Assembly (NCBI GenBank): GCA_048213135.1
Contig: PS015009.1
Span: 1,984,001-2,048,000, forward strand
From: Reclinomonas americana ATCC 50394
Taxonomy: Eukaryota
Direction: 5' to 3'
Length of the DNA: 64,000 nucleotides
Position numbers and translations under genes: made by a program
Part shown: piece by piece, positions 10,321 through 18,734 of the stretch
Layout of the letters: each line of letters starts with the position of its first letter
Position numbering within the stretch: position 1 is the stretch's first letter
The notes under the pieces: generated by a model
Database searches by the model: none
What the model saw: the letters and a program-made list of their open reading frames with translations, nothing else
What the model was told of the DNA's origin: nothing

Positions 10321-11715
10321 TTACTCAATCTTCTTATTGGGATAATATCGTGTCATCAGCTGCTCAACGGTAGATGCATGCCTGTTGATGATGAACAGCT
10401 TTGTACGGTCTTTTAAATTAACGACAGTAATGAACTCTTTTTTAGGTTTGAATTTTATACTGCTTATTTCTTCGAAACTGTTTTTCAGGAGATCCAGTTT
10501 TTGTTGGTGGTTTTCAGAAATGACAAACACTTTAGTGATGGGCGTGTTTTTCGCCTTTTCAACATCGGTAGCCGATAACGGGGCGGCCAACCGGGAGTAG
10601 GAAGCATAACGGAAGGCTTTGCGAAGATAGCGCCAGTCTGAATTGCTGTCTGCCACAATATAGCGGTACATGAAAAGATGCGGAAGCTCCTTTGTCCAGT
10701 TGGGGAATTTGGAATCGTACAGCTGAACATAAGTTTGGATAAAGGTTTCGTCGATGGGTTTTTTCTCTTCAATATATTTTTTCACCGTTGGATAGATCTC
10801 TTTGGCCATGCCGGAAATATATTGATTGCCATACCAGTCGTCTTCTTCAATTTTCCCGTTCAGCCGCTCCATCACATAAGCGTTGCCCAGCGCTGTGGCC
10901 AGCACTTCATTGAGCAGCAGTAAGGCGTACTGGCTGTTGGGAGAGTTGGTATTGTTGAACCATTTTTGCATGTTGGTCTTCATTTCGAGCGACTGGTTAT
11001 CGTACACAATGTGGTATATCTCGTGTATGGCTACGCTGAAGAAAGTTTTGTGGTCTTTCAGGTCGAGTGAGGCTTCACAAACAGCGATGTTGAAAAAAGC
11101 CCTGGCACCCAGGTTGCCTTTGTCGAAGGAAGGGAGAAGATTCAGTTCAAAGGGAATACTTTTATCCCAGACGGTGTTGTAAAAGTCCAGCCCGGTTTGG
11201 AAGTAGTCGGCAAACTGGTTGCTGTTGATATAGGCCAGCAGGTTATTTTCCTGCGTTTCAATTTTACTTTTTTGTGGTTCAGCCACCAGTTCGTGGTACA
11301 CGGGAAGAAAAGCCTCGATGGTTTGAGAGAATGGCGCCAATACTTCATTGGGGATGATGCCTGTTGAGATTCTTTTAAAATCTGTAATGGTAGCACTGGT
11401 GACCAGGTTCTTTTCGATCAGGTCGCTCGTCATTACAGCCGCTTTCAGTACCTGCGGATACTGGCCGTAAGAATAACTGTACACAATGGGCAGCTGTTCA
11501 AAATCAGCAATCATTTTTTTGTATTGCGGTGTGTTGTACCTGGACTTCTGAAAAGTTGTTTTTAATTCATTATCGGGATAGCTGCCCGATATTTTCCCAA
11601 GGAAATCATATACGGCATAGGGTTCAGAAAAGCGCAGTTTAAAGGTTACTTTGTCTTCCGCGAAAATGGATGACGCGTAAATAAAGCATACAAAGAACAG
11701 GGCAATCTGTTTCAT
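10321..11715 (-). CDS. Exported protein with a gluzincin-type Zn-metallopeptidase motif
   Basis: Signal peptide MKQIALFFVCFIYASSIFA; HEIYH followed about 35 aa later by NEVLA. Confidence 0.6.
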   Translation of the reverse strand: MKQIALFFVCFIYASSIFAEDKVTFKLRFSEPYAVYDFLGKISGSYPDNELKTTFQKSRYNTPQYKKMIADFEQLPIVYSYSYGQYPQVLKAAVMTSDLIEKNLVTSATITDFKRISTGIIPNEVLAPFSQTIEAFLPVYHELVAEPQKSKIETQENNLLAYINSNQFADYFQTGLDFYNTVWDKSIPFELNLLPSFDKGNLGARAFFNIAVCEASLDLKDHKTFFSVAIHEIYHIVYDNQSLEMKTNMQKWFNNTNSPNSQYALLLLNEVLATALGNAYVMERLNGKIEEDDWYGNQYISGMAKEIYPTVKKYIEEKKPIDETFIQTYVQLYDSKFPNWTKELPHLFMYRYIVADSNSDWRYLRKAFRYASYSRLAAPLSATDVEKAKNTPITKVFVISENHQQKLDLLKNSFEEISSIKFKPKKEFITVVNLKDRTKLFIINRHASTVEQLMTRYYPNKKIE

Positions 11716-11984
11716 TCGGCGATTTTTTTGTTTAACGTGACTTATACTTTTTTGGGGCATCGCTTCTGGTGGGAGTTGCGGTAGAGGGTTGTGCCGGTGG
11801 TGAAGATAAGGAGTTTTGTGTGTGAGGCTGATGGCCGGAACACGATAAGGTAAAAGGAATTGTTAATTTTTATTTAGTGGCATTAATGAGAAAATTTCTC
11901 GTCTCCATCATTGACGGGTGTTTATCTGTTCCTCCATTGTTAGTTCCTGTAAGTACTGATTCATTCCCTGAACGAAGGAGATAC

Positions 11985-12263
11985 CAAACTATGCGTGCAT
12001 GTGCTTATGCAGGCTATGCACTAGCTAATACTATTCATGCGCTTTGGTGTACTGCCTGTGCATCTGTGTATGCAAAACTTGCCTATAGCTATACTGTGCG
12101 TGCATGCGCTTATACATTCTGTGCACTTCCTTATGCTATCCGTGCAGCTTACTATACTATGTGTGCAGATGCTTATATTTTCCGTGCACTTAACTATACT
12201 ACATGTGCACCTGCTTATACTATGTTTGCGCCCTGCTATACTATGCGCAGAGAAAGTAATACT
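11985..12263. repeat. Degenerate 21-bp tandem array, about 13 units
   Basis: Units align without gaps to the consensus TAT ACT nnn YGT GCA nnn nnn, e.g. tatactgtgcgtgcatgcgct, tatactatgtgtgcagatgct, tatactacatgtgcacctgct. Confidence 0.9.
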
Positions 12264-12305
12264 GTTATAAAAGTTGAAGATGCCGGGTGTGGGAACCCGT
12301 AACAT
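12021..12305 (-). CDS. Putative Cys-rich heptad-repeat protein (I-x-x-C-T-x-S); possibly a pseudogene extending to 11961
   Basis: ATG lies just after the stop of the upstream co-oriented gene. Variation among repeats is often synonymous in this frame (ACA/ACG, AGT/AGC, ATA/ATT). Repeats continue past the TAG. Confidence 0.4.
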   Translation of the reverse strand: MLRVPTPGIFNFYNSITFSAHSIAGRKHSISRCTCSIVKCTENISICTHSIVSCTDSIRKCTECISACTHSIAIGKFCIHRCTGSTPKRMNSIS

Positions 12306-12316
12306 GGAGAGCAGGG

Positions 12317-12619
12317 TTACTGAACCGGTCCGGCAGCCTGCTGTTGCTGTTTTTGTTTGAGCAGTACATCCACCGCTTTTACAAACAGCACGGTGTATTC
12401 GTAAAAGAAAACGGTATTACCACGGCTGGCAGCCCTGCGGTGTTTATAAAGTTTTTTATTGGTAAGGCTACCCATGGTCATCTCCAGCAGGTCTTTCTTT
12501 ACGCCATCGGTGCCGAAGAAATGCAGGTACTCCTGTATTACCTTCCAGGCGGCTTCGGGGCTTTCATTTTCACAGAGGTTTTGATCGAGTTCGTGGAGGA
12601 ACGGGGAAAGAATGCTCAT
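12317..12619 (-). CDS. Small hypothetical protein divergent from an XRE gene
   Basis: 100 aa ORF with a TAATTTTG -7 element upstream; appears helical, with a C-terminal NTVFFYE motif. Confidence 0.7.
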   Translation of the reverse strand: MSILSPFLHELDQNLCENESPEAAWKVIQEYLHFFGTDGVKKDLLEMTMGSLTNKKLYKHRRAASRGNTVFFYEYTVLFVKAVDVLLKQKQQQQAAGPVQ

Positions 12620-12655
12620 AGGGATAAAATTTACTTAATAGTACAAAATTAGTAC

Positions 12656-12723
12656 TTTATTCTATAAATATATTACGAATAAAGAAAAATGTTTGTAGGA
12701 TTATGTAAATTTTTGATCAAAAA
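12656..12723. promoter_or_regulatory. Candidate XRE operators in a divergent promoter region
   Basis: Inverted repeat TTTATTC...GAATAAA and a perfect palindrome TTTTTGATCAAAAA (12710-12723). Confidence 0.4.
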
Positions 12724-12753
12724 GCAGCTTGCCCAATATTTCTATATTGCGGT

Positions 12754-12963
12754 ATGCCGAAACGTAACCTCAACAGGATTAAAGCCGTGCTCGCTGAAAA
12801 GCAGGTGACCAACCGTGAATTGGCCCAGCATTTAAATAAGACGGAAACCTCGGTATCCCGCTGGTGCACGAATGATATGCAACCTTCAATTGAAACGCTT
12901 TATGATATTGCTGTATTCCTGGAAGTGGATATAAGGGAATTGTTGATTTCTTTGAAGAAATAA
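12754..12963 (+). CDS. XRE/Cro-C1 helix-turn-helix regulator
   Basis: LNRIKAVLAEK..TNRELAQHL..TSVSRWCTNDMQPSIETLYDIA. Confidence 0.9.
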   Translation: MPKRNLNRIKAVLAEKQVTNRELAQHLNKTETSVSRWCTNDMQPSIETLYDIAVFLEVDIRELLISLKK

Positions 12964-13045
12964 TCCGGATACAGAAGTGATTGCTACATGTGATCTGCCT
13001 GCGGGGAAGACCTGAGCCAGAGAAGAATAATTAGATGTCTACGTT

Positions 13046-13705
13046 TTATATGGAATATTGCGATTTTGCTGATTCCCAAAGTTCTCTTGTAAATTGCCTC
13101 GCTTTTAAACCAAACGAATGTACTGATCCGGGTGTAAGTTCAATTGGACTGCCTTCGGCAAACCGAGAGTCTTTTGCTAAACTTTTATCTGCTATGCAGT
13201 TATTATGCATACAACAGTTTCGTATTTTATTAGCCACAATAATTTCAGAATTGAAACTCGCATCCCATTTGAGTTTTAGTCTCTTATCCAGATAATCAAG
13301 AATCTCGGACATTGATTTAAACATTAGAAGTCTTACCTCCTTTTCAATAAGTTCCTTTATTAATTGTTCGTAAGTATCTGCAAGAAATAGTTGCTGATAT
13401 GTAATTGTTTTGTCTTTTACTTCTGATTTTCCTTCAGGGATTAAAATTTTTGGATTTTTAGTTAAACAAGCGATAATTAGGTCTGCGAGAAAAGCTTCAA
13501 AATAAGCATATCCCAATAAGATTGCAGAGGTGGTTATTTGATTTCTGTAAATTGAATACTGGTTGTCATAAATCTCTCCTACACTTTCAAAATCTGGCAA
13601 GGCCTTGTGTCCTTTAATTTTGTCATAGGATTGCTGTGATGAAATGTCAAGAAGTCCAATTAAGTAATTTAATTTAAGGATCAGGGTTGAATGTATATCT
13701 GTCAT
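13046..13705 (-). CDS. HEPN-motif protein (putative RNase or defence effector)
   Basis: YFEAFL helix plus an Rx4H motif (RNCCMH); AT-rich gene. Confidence 0.6.
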   Translation of the reverse strand: MTDIHSTLILKLNYLIGLLDISSQQSYDKIKGHKALPDFESVGEIYDNQYSIYRNQITTSAILLGYAYFEAFLADLIIACLTKNPKILIPEGKSEVKDKTITYQQLFLADTYEQLIKELIEKEVRLLMFKSMSEILDYLDKRLKLKWDASFNSEIIVANKIRNCCMHNNCIADKSLAKDSRFAEGSPIELTPGSVHSFGLKARQFTRELWESAKSQYSI

Positions 13706-13783
13706 AATCAAGATTAAGGATTAAGTTGTAGAGGATTGACAAAAGAACCTCGCTTGCAGTAAAATTGCTTGTGATGATCAATT

Positions 13784-14164
13784 TTACTGGACTACGTCTA
13801 GGTCGCCGTACTTGCTAAATTTTGCAAACCAGCCATCTTTTGTGAAAAGTTCACCATGAATACCATCGCTTAAACCCACAACATTTTTTCCGTTAACTGT
13901 TATCTGAATACTATTGTCAAAATCAGCTATTTCTTGTAAAGAAAAGAGAAAGTCATGAATGGCAGAGTCTAAAGATGAAATAACTACTTTTCTAACTGTT
14001 TCTTTTTGTTCTTCAGACAATTGCCCCAAGTCGTTCTGTAACTTTTGAAGGGAAGGAGCACGCCATTGATTTTTTAATAACAACTCTCCATGGCTAATTC
14101 CTTTGTCTCTTAAGTTATTGACTAGGAATTTTCCGAATGTATCTAATATTTCTGAATCCATCAT
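13784..14164 (-). CDS. Hypothetical protein, possibly an orphan immunity protein
   Basis: 126 aa, AT-rich, with a C-terminal LSDGIHGELF..DGW..KFSKY. The immunity role is only an inference. Confidence 0.55.
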   Translation of the reverse strand: MMDSEILDTFGKFLVNNLRDKGISHGELLLKNQWRAPSLQKLQNDLGQLSEEQKETVRKVVISSLDSAIHDFLFSLQEIADFDNSIQITVNGKNVVGLSDGIHGELFTKDGWFAKFSKYGDLDVVQ

Positions 14165-14318
14165 GTTTACCTGAGTTGTTTGAAAAGATAATAATTTGTT
14201 ACAAGAGTATGCCTGTCATTTTTGGGGATTATACCCGGATTGCAAGGTTTCATCAGTACTATGCTGAACCCTGTACTATCACTCATGGACTAGGTAGCAG
14301 CGGGAACTACTGTAGGCA

Positions 14319-15383
14319 TCACCTGCTAGCTTTTTCTTGTAATATTCTTCCTATTTGCTCAATAGATAAATTAATCCCTATAATAGTACCTTTCTCATCT
14401 AATAAGTAATTGAAAGGAATTGCCTGAATTTCCAGTTTACTATAAATTTCCTTTTTAGAATCAACCAGGTTTGTCCATGTTAAATTGTCGTTCCTGATTG
14501 CCCGGCTCCACAAATCTTTGTTCTCATCTATTGAAATACTCAGAATGTCAAAATTATTTTTTTGAAATTGCTTCCTGAGCCTGATTAAATCGGGATGCTT
14601 TTCGCGGCAGGGTTTGCACCAGGAAGCCCAGAAGTCGACTAATGTTACTTTGCCTAAATAAGACTGGATGTCTATTTTGTTACCATTCTTATCCGGTAGC
14701 TGGAATTTGAGAAATGGTTTGCCGATACTCAATTCGTCAAGTTGCTCAATACCCCTGTTGAACATTTCTACATCGTCACTATTTTGTTGTGTTGTGTCAA
14801 TTTTTGCATACAACCGGATCAATTCATTTCTTGATAATACAGGAGTTATAGAGGCAAGCTCTGCCAGGATGGTTCCTGAAAAAGGGTGGGTTCTGTTTTC
14901 TTCAATGAATGTATCGAGTTTAGCGAATAGTAAGGTTTTAAAATCTTCTTTTGATTTACTGGACTGATAAAAATCCTGGTATTCTTCCTGGATTTTGGCG
15001 GAGTAAGAGCCGGTTATATTATTTATGTCGATACGATTCAAAATATTTTCATTCTGAATGCTTTTTACAGCAGTTGCCTCTAGCCTGATGTCATTATTCT
15101 CAACATACAGCCAGGCTACGGTAGATCTGGGTTCTAAGTTCAGCCAACCCTGCGTAGGCTTTGTTACGCTTCCTTTGAATTCAAACCTGTTGTTAACAAC
15201 GACTACGCTGTCTTTCTTATTCCCATAAGTCAGGTAAATTAAACCGGCATAACTGCCATTTAAATGACTGGAGATTGTAAACCCATTTTTTTCTTTATGT
15301 TCTTCTGACCTGGTTGTTGTTTGTGCGATGACTTGTTTGCAACAAAGCAGAGCTACCAGTAATATTATTTTTATCTCTTTCAT
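14319..15383 (-). CDS. TlpA/AhpC-TSA family disulfide reductase with a DUF4369-like N-terminus
   Basis: LVDFWASWCKPCR thioredoxin motif and a signal peptide. Confidence 0.88.
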   Translation of the reverse strand: MKEIKIILLVALLCCKQVIAQTTTRSEEHKEKNGFTISSHLNGSYAGLIYLTYGNKKDSVVVVNNRFEFKGSVTKPTQGWLNLEPRSTVAWLYVENNDIRLEATAVKSIQNENILNRIDINNITGSYSAKIQEEYQDFYQSSKSKEDFKTLLFAKLDTFIEENRTHPFSGTILAELASITPVLSRNELIRLYAKIDTTQQNSDDVEMFNRGIEQLDELSIGKPFLKFQLPDKNGNKIDIQSYLGKVTLVDFWASWCKPCREKHPDLIRLRKQFQKNNFDILSISIDENKDLWSRAIRNDNLTWTNLVDSKKEIYSKLEIQAIPFNYLLDEKGTIIGINLSIEQIGRILQEKASR

Positions 15384-15443
15384 TTTTGAATCTGGCATTG
15401 GTGTCGCTGGTCAGAGACCAGGCGACGGCCTTCCTCACCGGGA

Positions 15444-15944
15444 TTACTTTAAGTTAAGCAGCCTTATACACAAAGGTACCAATGCAACTGAAACGGCGAT
15501 AAAAATAGCTACCCGCACATAGTTGAGCGTTTGCCACAACTGTGTACGGCTGGCAAGGCTCTTGGCCTGGGAGGAGGTTTCCGCCATTTTTTGAAAAGCG
15601 ATGATGTTGGGTGCGAAGAAGGTGAGTGTCCATACCCTTACGGCGAAGTGAATGGCGAAGAGAATGAGCAGCCAGTTTCTTACAGGGTCTATCTTCCAGC
15701 AGAAATAAATGGCCAGCAGGAATGTGATCTCGTGCAGGGAGTGGAAGATGATCCAGAAGTTTTTAAGGCTGGCACCACGTCCGTCGAGCAGGAGATGAAA
15801 GTTGTGTGGCGGAGCTGTCGTCCATTTGGGTACAAAAACAAGTGTTTCGAATATTTGCGCCCCATTCATAAGGAAGTAGATGAGCGTGGTGAGGCAGAGC
15901 CACAGCTCGGCGCGGGAGAGGTAAGATGAGGTGATGTTTTCCAT
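15444..15944 (-). CDS. Membrane protein (DUF1772-like)
   Basis: Four hydrophobic segments with a VPKW..APP motif; co-oriented downstream of the MarR gene. Confidence 0.6.
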   Translation of the reverse strand: MENITSSYLSRAELWLCLTTLIYFLMNGAQIFETLVFVPKWTTAPPHNFHLLLDGRGASLKNFWIIFHSLHEITFLLAIYFCWKIDPVRNWLLILFAIHFAVRVWTLTFFAPNIIAFQKMAETSSQAKSLASRTQLWQTLNYVRVAIFIAVSVALVPLCIRLLNLK

Positions 15945-15954
15945 GGCGTTAATA

Positions 15955-16422
15955 TTATTGATTGTTTAAGTTATGAGAGGTTTCCTGCATAATGCCGGTG
16001 GCACCGGTAAAGTATCGTTGAATCACCTGAATCTCCTTTTCAGAGAAGGTTTCAATAAGGGCGATGGTTTTTTGCTGCAGCTCGCTGAATATGGGTTGCA
16101 GCAGTTTCATGCTGTTTTCCATGTTGGGCACAATGATGACCTTTCGCCTGTCTTCTTTGGTGAACTGGCGTTTGAGCAGTTTCTTTTTCTCGAGACGGTC
16201 TACCAGTCCCGTAACAGCGCCGGTGGTTAAGCCGGTAAGTTTGGCAATGTCGCCGGCGGTGAGTTCTTTATACTGAAGTATGAGCCCCAGGTACTTATGG
16301 TCGGTGCCGGAGAGCCCCGCCCTGCGGGCAATGGCTTCGTGCATGAAGATGGAGGCGTCGGAATATTGGCGGCTGGCGGATCTGAAGTTGTCGACCAGGT
16401 CGTTACGTGTTATTTTGCTCAT
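15955..16422 (-). CDS. MarR family regulator
   Basis: TAGDIAKLTGLTTGAVTGLVDRLEK...DRRKVII. Confidence 0.92.
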   Translation of the reverse strand: MSKITRNDLVDNFRSASRQYSDASIFMHEAIARRAGLSGTDHKYLGLILQYKELTAGDIAKLTGLTTGAVTGLVDRLEKKKLLKRQFTKEDRRKVIIVPNMENSMKLLQPIFSELQQKTIALIETFSEKEIQVIQRYFTGATGIMQETSHNLNNQ

Positions 16423-16430
16423 TTAATAAA

Positions 16431-16449
16431 TATCTTAGTTACAAAGATA
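16431..16449 (-). promoter_or_regulatory. Probable MarR autoregulatory operator overlapping the -7 element
   Basis: TATCTTAGT-t-ACAAAGATA inverted repeat containing TATCTTTG on the minus strand. Confidence 0.55.
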
Positions 16450-16654
16450 AATATTTTGTTTTCGGAATTCCAAGAAAAGGAGAGAATTAATTACGAATTG
16501 GCAATTACGAATGGAGATGAGGATTTACGATTTACTATTGTTGGCTGGTACTTCTGCAGGTTCTTTACAGATGGGGTGCACGGTGATGAGATCCCTCGTA
16601 CCTTGTTATGGCGCTTTCTTCGTTGGCATAACACCAACAATATTGGAAGAGTTG

Positions 16655-17245
16655 CTATTTAATAAGAATTCCTTTTTCCACGCTTTCATTGAGCAATTGC
16701 TCGGCGTATTCCCAGATGGCGGTTGAGCCGTCTTTAATTTTTTGTTTCTTTTCGTACACTTTTTGATACGGCACATTGAATTCCTTCCAGGTGCCGCCGT
16801 TGTTGGAAGTGTTTTGAAGCAGGGGTTCAAACCTGTCCATGGATCGTGCAAATTTGGCTTCGTTGGACACGCCTTCTTCAAACTCCTGCCAGATGGCGAT
16901 AAATTCTTCTGCCTGCTCTTTGGGTAACATTCCAAATATGCGTTTGGCGGCCATCAGTTCCTCTTCTGTATTGGTGTGGTTCTTTACGGTGTCGTAAATA
17001 AAGGTATCACCGGCGTCGATCTCTACTATATCGTGGATCAAAACCATTTTCAAAACCTTGAGCACATCAACCGGATGGTTGGCATGCTGTGCCAGTACAA
17101 TGGTCATCATGGCTAAGTGCCAGCTGTGTTCGGCGTCGTTCTCATTCCTGTCGCTGTTGAACAACTTCGTTTTTCGTTGTATGTACTTCAGCTTGTCTAT
17201 TTCCTTTATGAAATCTACCTGCTGAAGCAGCTCACCTGTCTGCAT
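16655..17245 (-). CDS. HD-domain hydrolase (HDDC2/YfbR-like)
   Basis: EIDKLK..RENDAEHSWHLA..IHDIVEIDAGD..EAKFARSMDR. Confidence 0.9.
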   Translation of the reverse strand: MQTGELLQQVDFIKEIDKLKYIQRKTKLFNSDRNENDAEHSWHLAMMTIVLAQHANHPVDVLKVLKMVLIHDIVEIDAGDTFIYDTVKNHTNTEEELMAAKRIFGMLPKEQAEEFIAIWQEFEEGVSNEAKFARSMDRFEPLLQNTSNNGGTWKEFNVPYQKVYEKKQKIKDGSTAIWEYAEQLLNESVEKGILIK

Positions 17246-17272
17246 GGTATGAGTTTTTGCTGTCCTTGTTGC

Positions 17273-17632
17273 TTATTGCCGTAATATCTTCTCCATGGCT
17301 CTGCCTTTGGCCAGTTCGTCGATCAGTTTGTCGAGGTAGCGGACCTTTTGCATCAGTTTGTCTTCAATATCTTCCACACGGTAGCCACAGATAACGCCGG
17401 TGATCTTTGATACATTCGGGTTCAGCTGCGGAGCTTCGGCAAAAAATGTTTCGAAGTCCACTTTGGCATCGATCTGCTTTTGCAGCGTTTTTTTGTTGTA
17501 ACCGGTGAGCCAGTAAATAATGGTGTCCACTTCTTCTTTAGTACGCCCTTTCTTTTCGGCCTTTTGTATATACATGGGGTACACACCGGCGAATGACATC
17601 CGGTATACTCTTGCTATATTATCGGCTTTCAT
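17273..17632 (-). CDS. DUF2200 family protein
   Basis: [18 protein letters not shown]...[11 protein letters not shown]...[13 protein letters not shown]. Confidence 0.9.
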   Translation of the reverse strand: MKADNIARVYRMSFAGVYPMYIQKAEKKGRTKEEVDTIIYWLTGYNKKTLQKQIDAKVDFETFFAEAPQLNPNVSKITGVICGYRVEDIEDKLMQKVRYLDKLIDELAKGRAMEKILRQ

Positions 17633-17673
17633 TGCTGTTGATTGGTTTACTATTGATATTTACTTCGACGGGC

Positions 17674-18051
17674 TCAATCCATAGGCTCCCACAACTGAAT
17701 TTTGTTGCCTTCTGCGTCGAGGATATGAACGAATTTTCCGTAATCGTACGCCGCGATGTCGTCAAGAATGGTTACGCCTTCTTTTTTCAATTCTTCCACC
17801 AGCGCTTCCAGGTTATCGACCCGGTAATTGATCATAAAGTCTTTTTCGGAGGGTTGAAAGAACTTGCTTGTTTCGCTGAAGGTGTTCCACTGCGTTAAGC
17901 CTTTTTTTGTGCCTTCGGCATCTTCATACCACTCAAAACTGGCGCCATAATCGTTGGTGTCTAACCCCAAATGGGTTTTGTACCACTCTTTCATTTTGTT
18001 GGGGTCTTTACATTTAAAGAAAACGCCGCCAATACCTGTTGTCTTTTTCAT
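17674..18051 (-). CDS. VOC/glyoxalase-bleomycin resistance family protein
   Basis: TGIGGVFFK...FMINYRVDNL...YGKFVHILDAEGNKIQLWEP. Confidence 0.9.
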   Translation of the reverse strand: MKKTTGIGGVFFKCKDPNKMKEWYKTHLGLDTNDYGASFEWYEDAEGTKKGLTQWNTFSETSKFFQPSEKDFMINYRVDNLEALVEELKKEGVTILDDIAAYDYGKFVHILDAEGNKIQLWEPMD

Positions 18052-18077
18052 TGCTTAATATTTATGATTAAAACTAT

Positions 18078-18629
18078 TTATGAGTTGGATGTGTTTTGCT
18101 CTTTTGGTGCTTTCCTTTTCAGGATCAGCGAACTGATCAGCGTTACCACCAGGCCCACGGGCAGAATTTCAACGTAGGTGAACATGGCATTGATGAGCGG
18201 GTTCTTGTACATTTTAGCGAAATCGGCCATTTCCTTCGCCTTTTCCTCAATTTCAGCCGCGCTGGCGCCACTGGTTTTGAGGTCGGCGATCATACGTGCG
18301 CCATATTTTTCCGCGAAATCGGGGATGAAGAAGAAGTAGTCGATCAGCCAGGCGATAACATACATGGTGGAAGCGATGAGCACGATCAGTATTCCCACTT
18401 TAAACGCCTTGCCGAAGCTGATGACCCCGCCATTGTATTTGTCGCGGTAGTTGCGGATGCCCACAAACACCAGCGAAAAGGCGAGCAGCATGGAAGCGTA
18501 CCCGATGAGCATGCTGGTGCTCATGTCCACATTGCCTTCACAATGGCTTAAGTAATTCATGCTGCACAGCATAAATATAGAAACGATGGCGCCGGAAATA
18601 AGTCCGTAAATGAGGATATTCTTTTTCAT
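18078..18629 (-). CDS. DUF4199 membrane protein
   Basis: GIRNYRDKYNGGVISFGKAFKVG motif; four TM segments. Confidence 0.85.
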   Translation of the reverse strand: MKKNILIYGLISGAIVSIFMLCSMNYLSHCEGNVDMSTSMLIGYASMLLAFSLVFVGIRNYRDKYNGGVISFGKAFKVGILIVLIASTMYVIAWLIDYFFFIPDFAEKYGARMIADLKTSGASAAEIEEKAKEMADFAKMYKNPLINAMFTYVEILPVGLVVTLISSLILKRKAPKEQNTSNS

Positions 18630-18715
18630 TTTATATGTTTTATGGATGCAAATGTGGCGGATGCACCCATTTTTGCGGTCATACTTTCGGCCATTTTTCT
18701 TTTAGCCGGCCTGTT

Positions 18716-18731
18716 TCATACTAAAGTAGGG
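18716..18731. promoter_or_regulatory. Candidate LuxR/NarL-type 7-2-7 box
   Basis: TCATACT-aa-AGTAGGG with a second half-site TCATACT at 18679, upstream of the DUF4199 promoter. Confidence 0.4.
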
Positions 18732-18734
18732 GTT

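Noticed and set aside
11985..12263. CRISPR array or DGR template/variable repeat
   Set aside because: The 21-nt units have no identical long repeats or ~30 nt spacers, no cas or reverse transcriptase gene is in the window, and variation is not adenine-specific.
11877..12302. Plus-strand 141 aa ORF (YTMCA repeats) as the real gene
   Set aside because: Variation falls on first codon positions in this frame, which argues against it being the selected frame.
12685..12712. dif/Xer site (TTATGTAAAT)
   Set aside because: Only a partial XerD-like arm, with no XerC arm at the right spacing.
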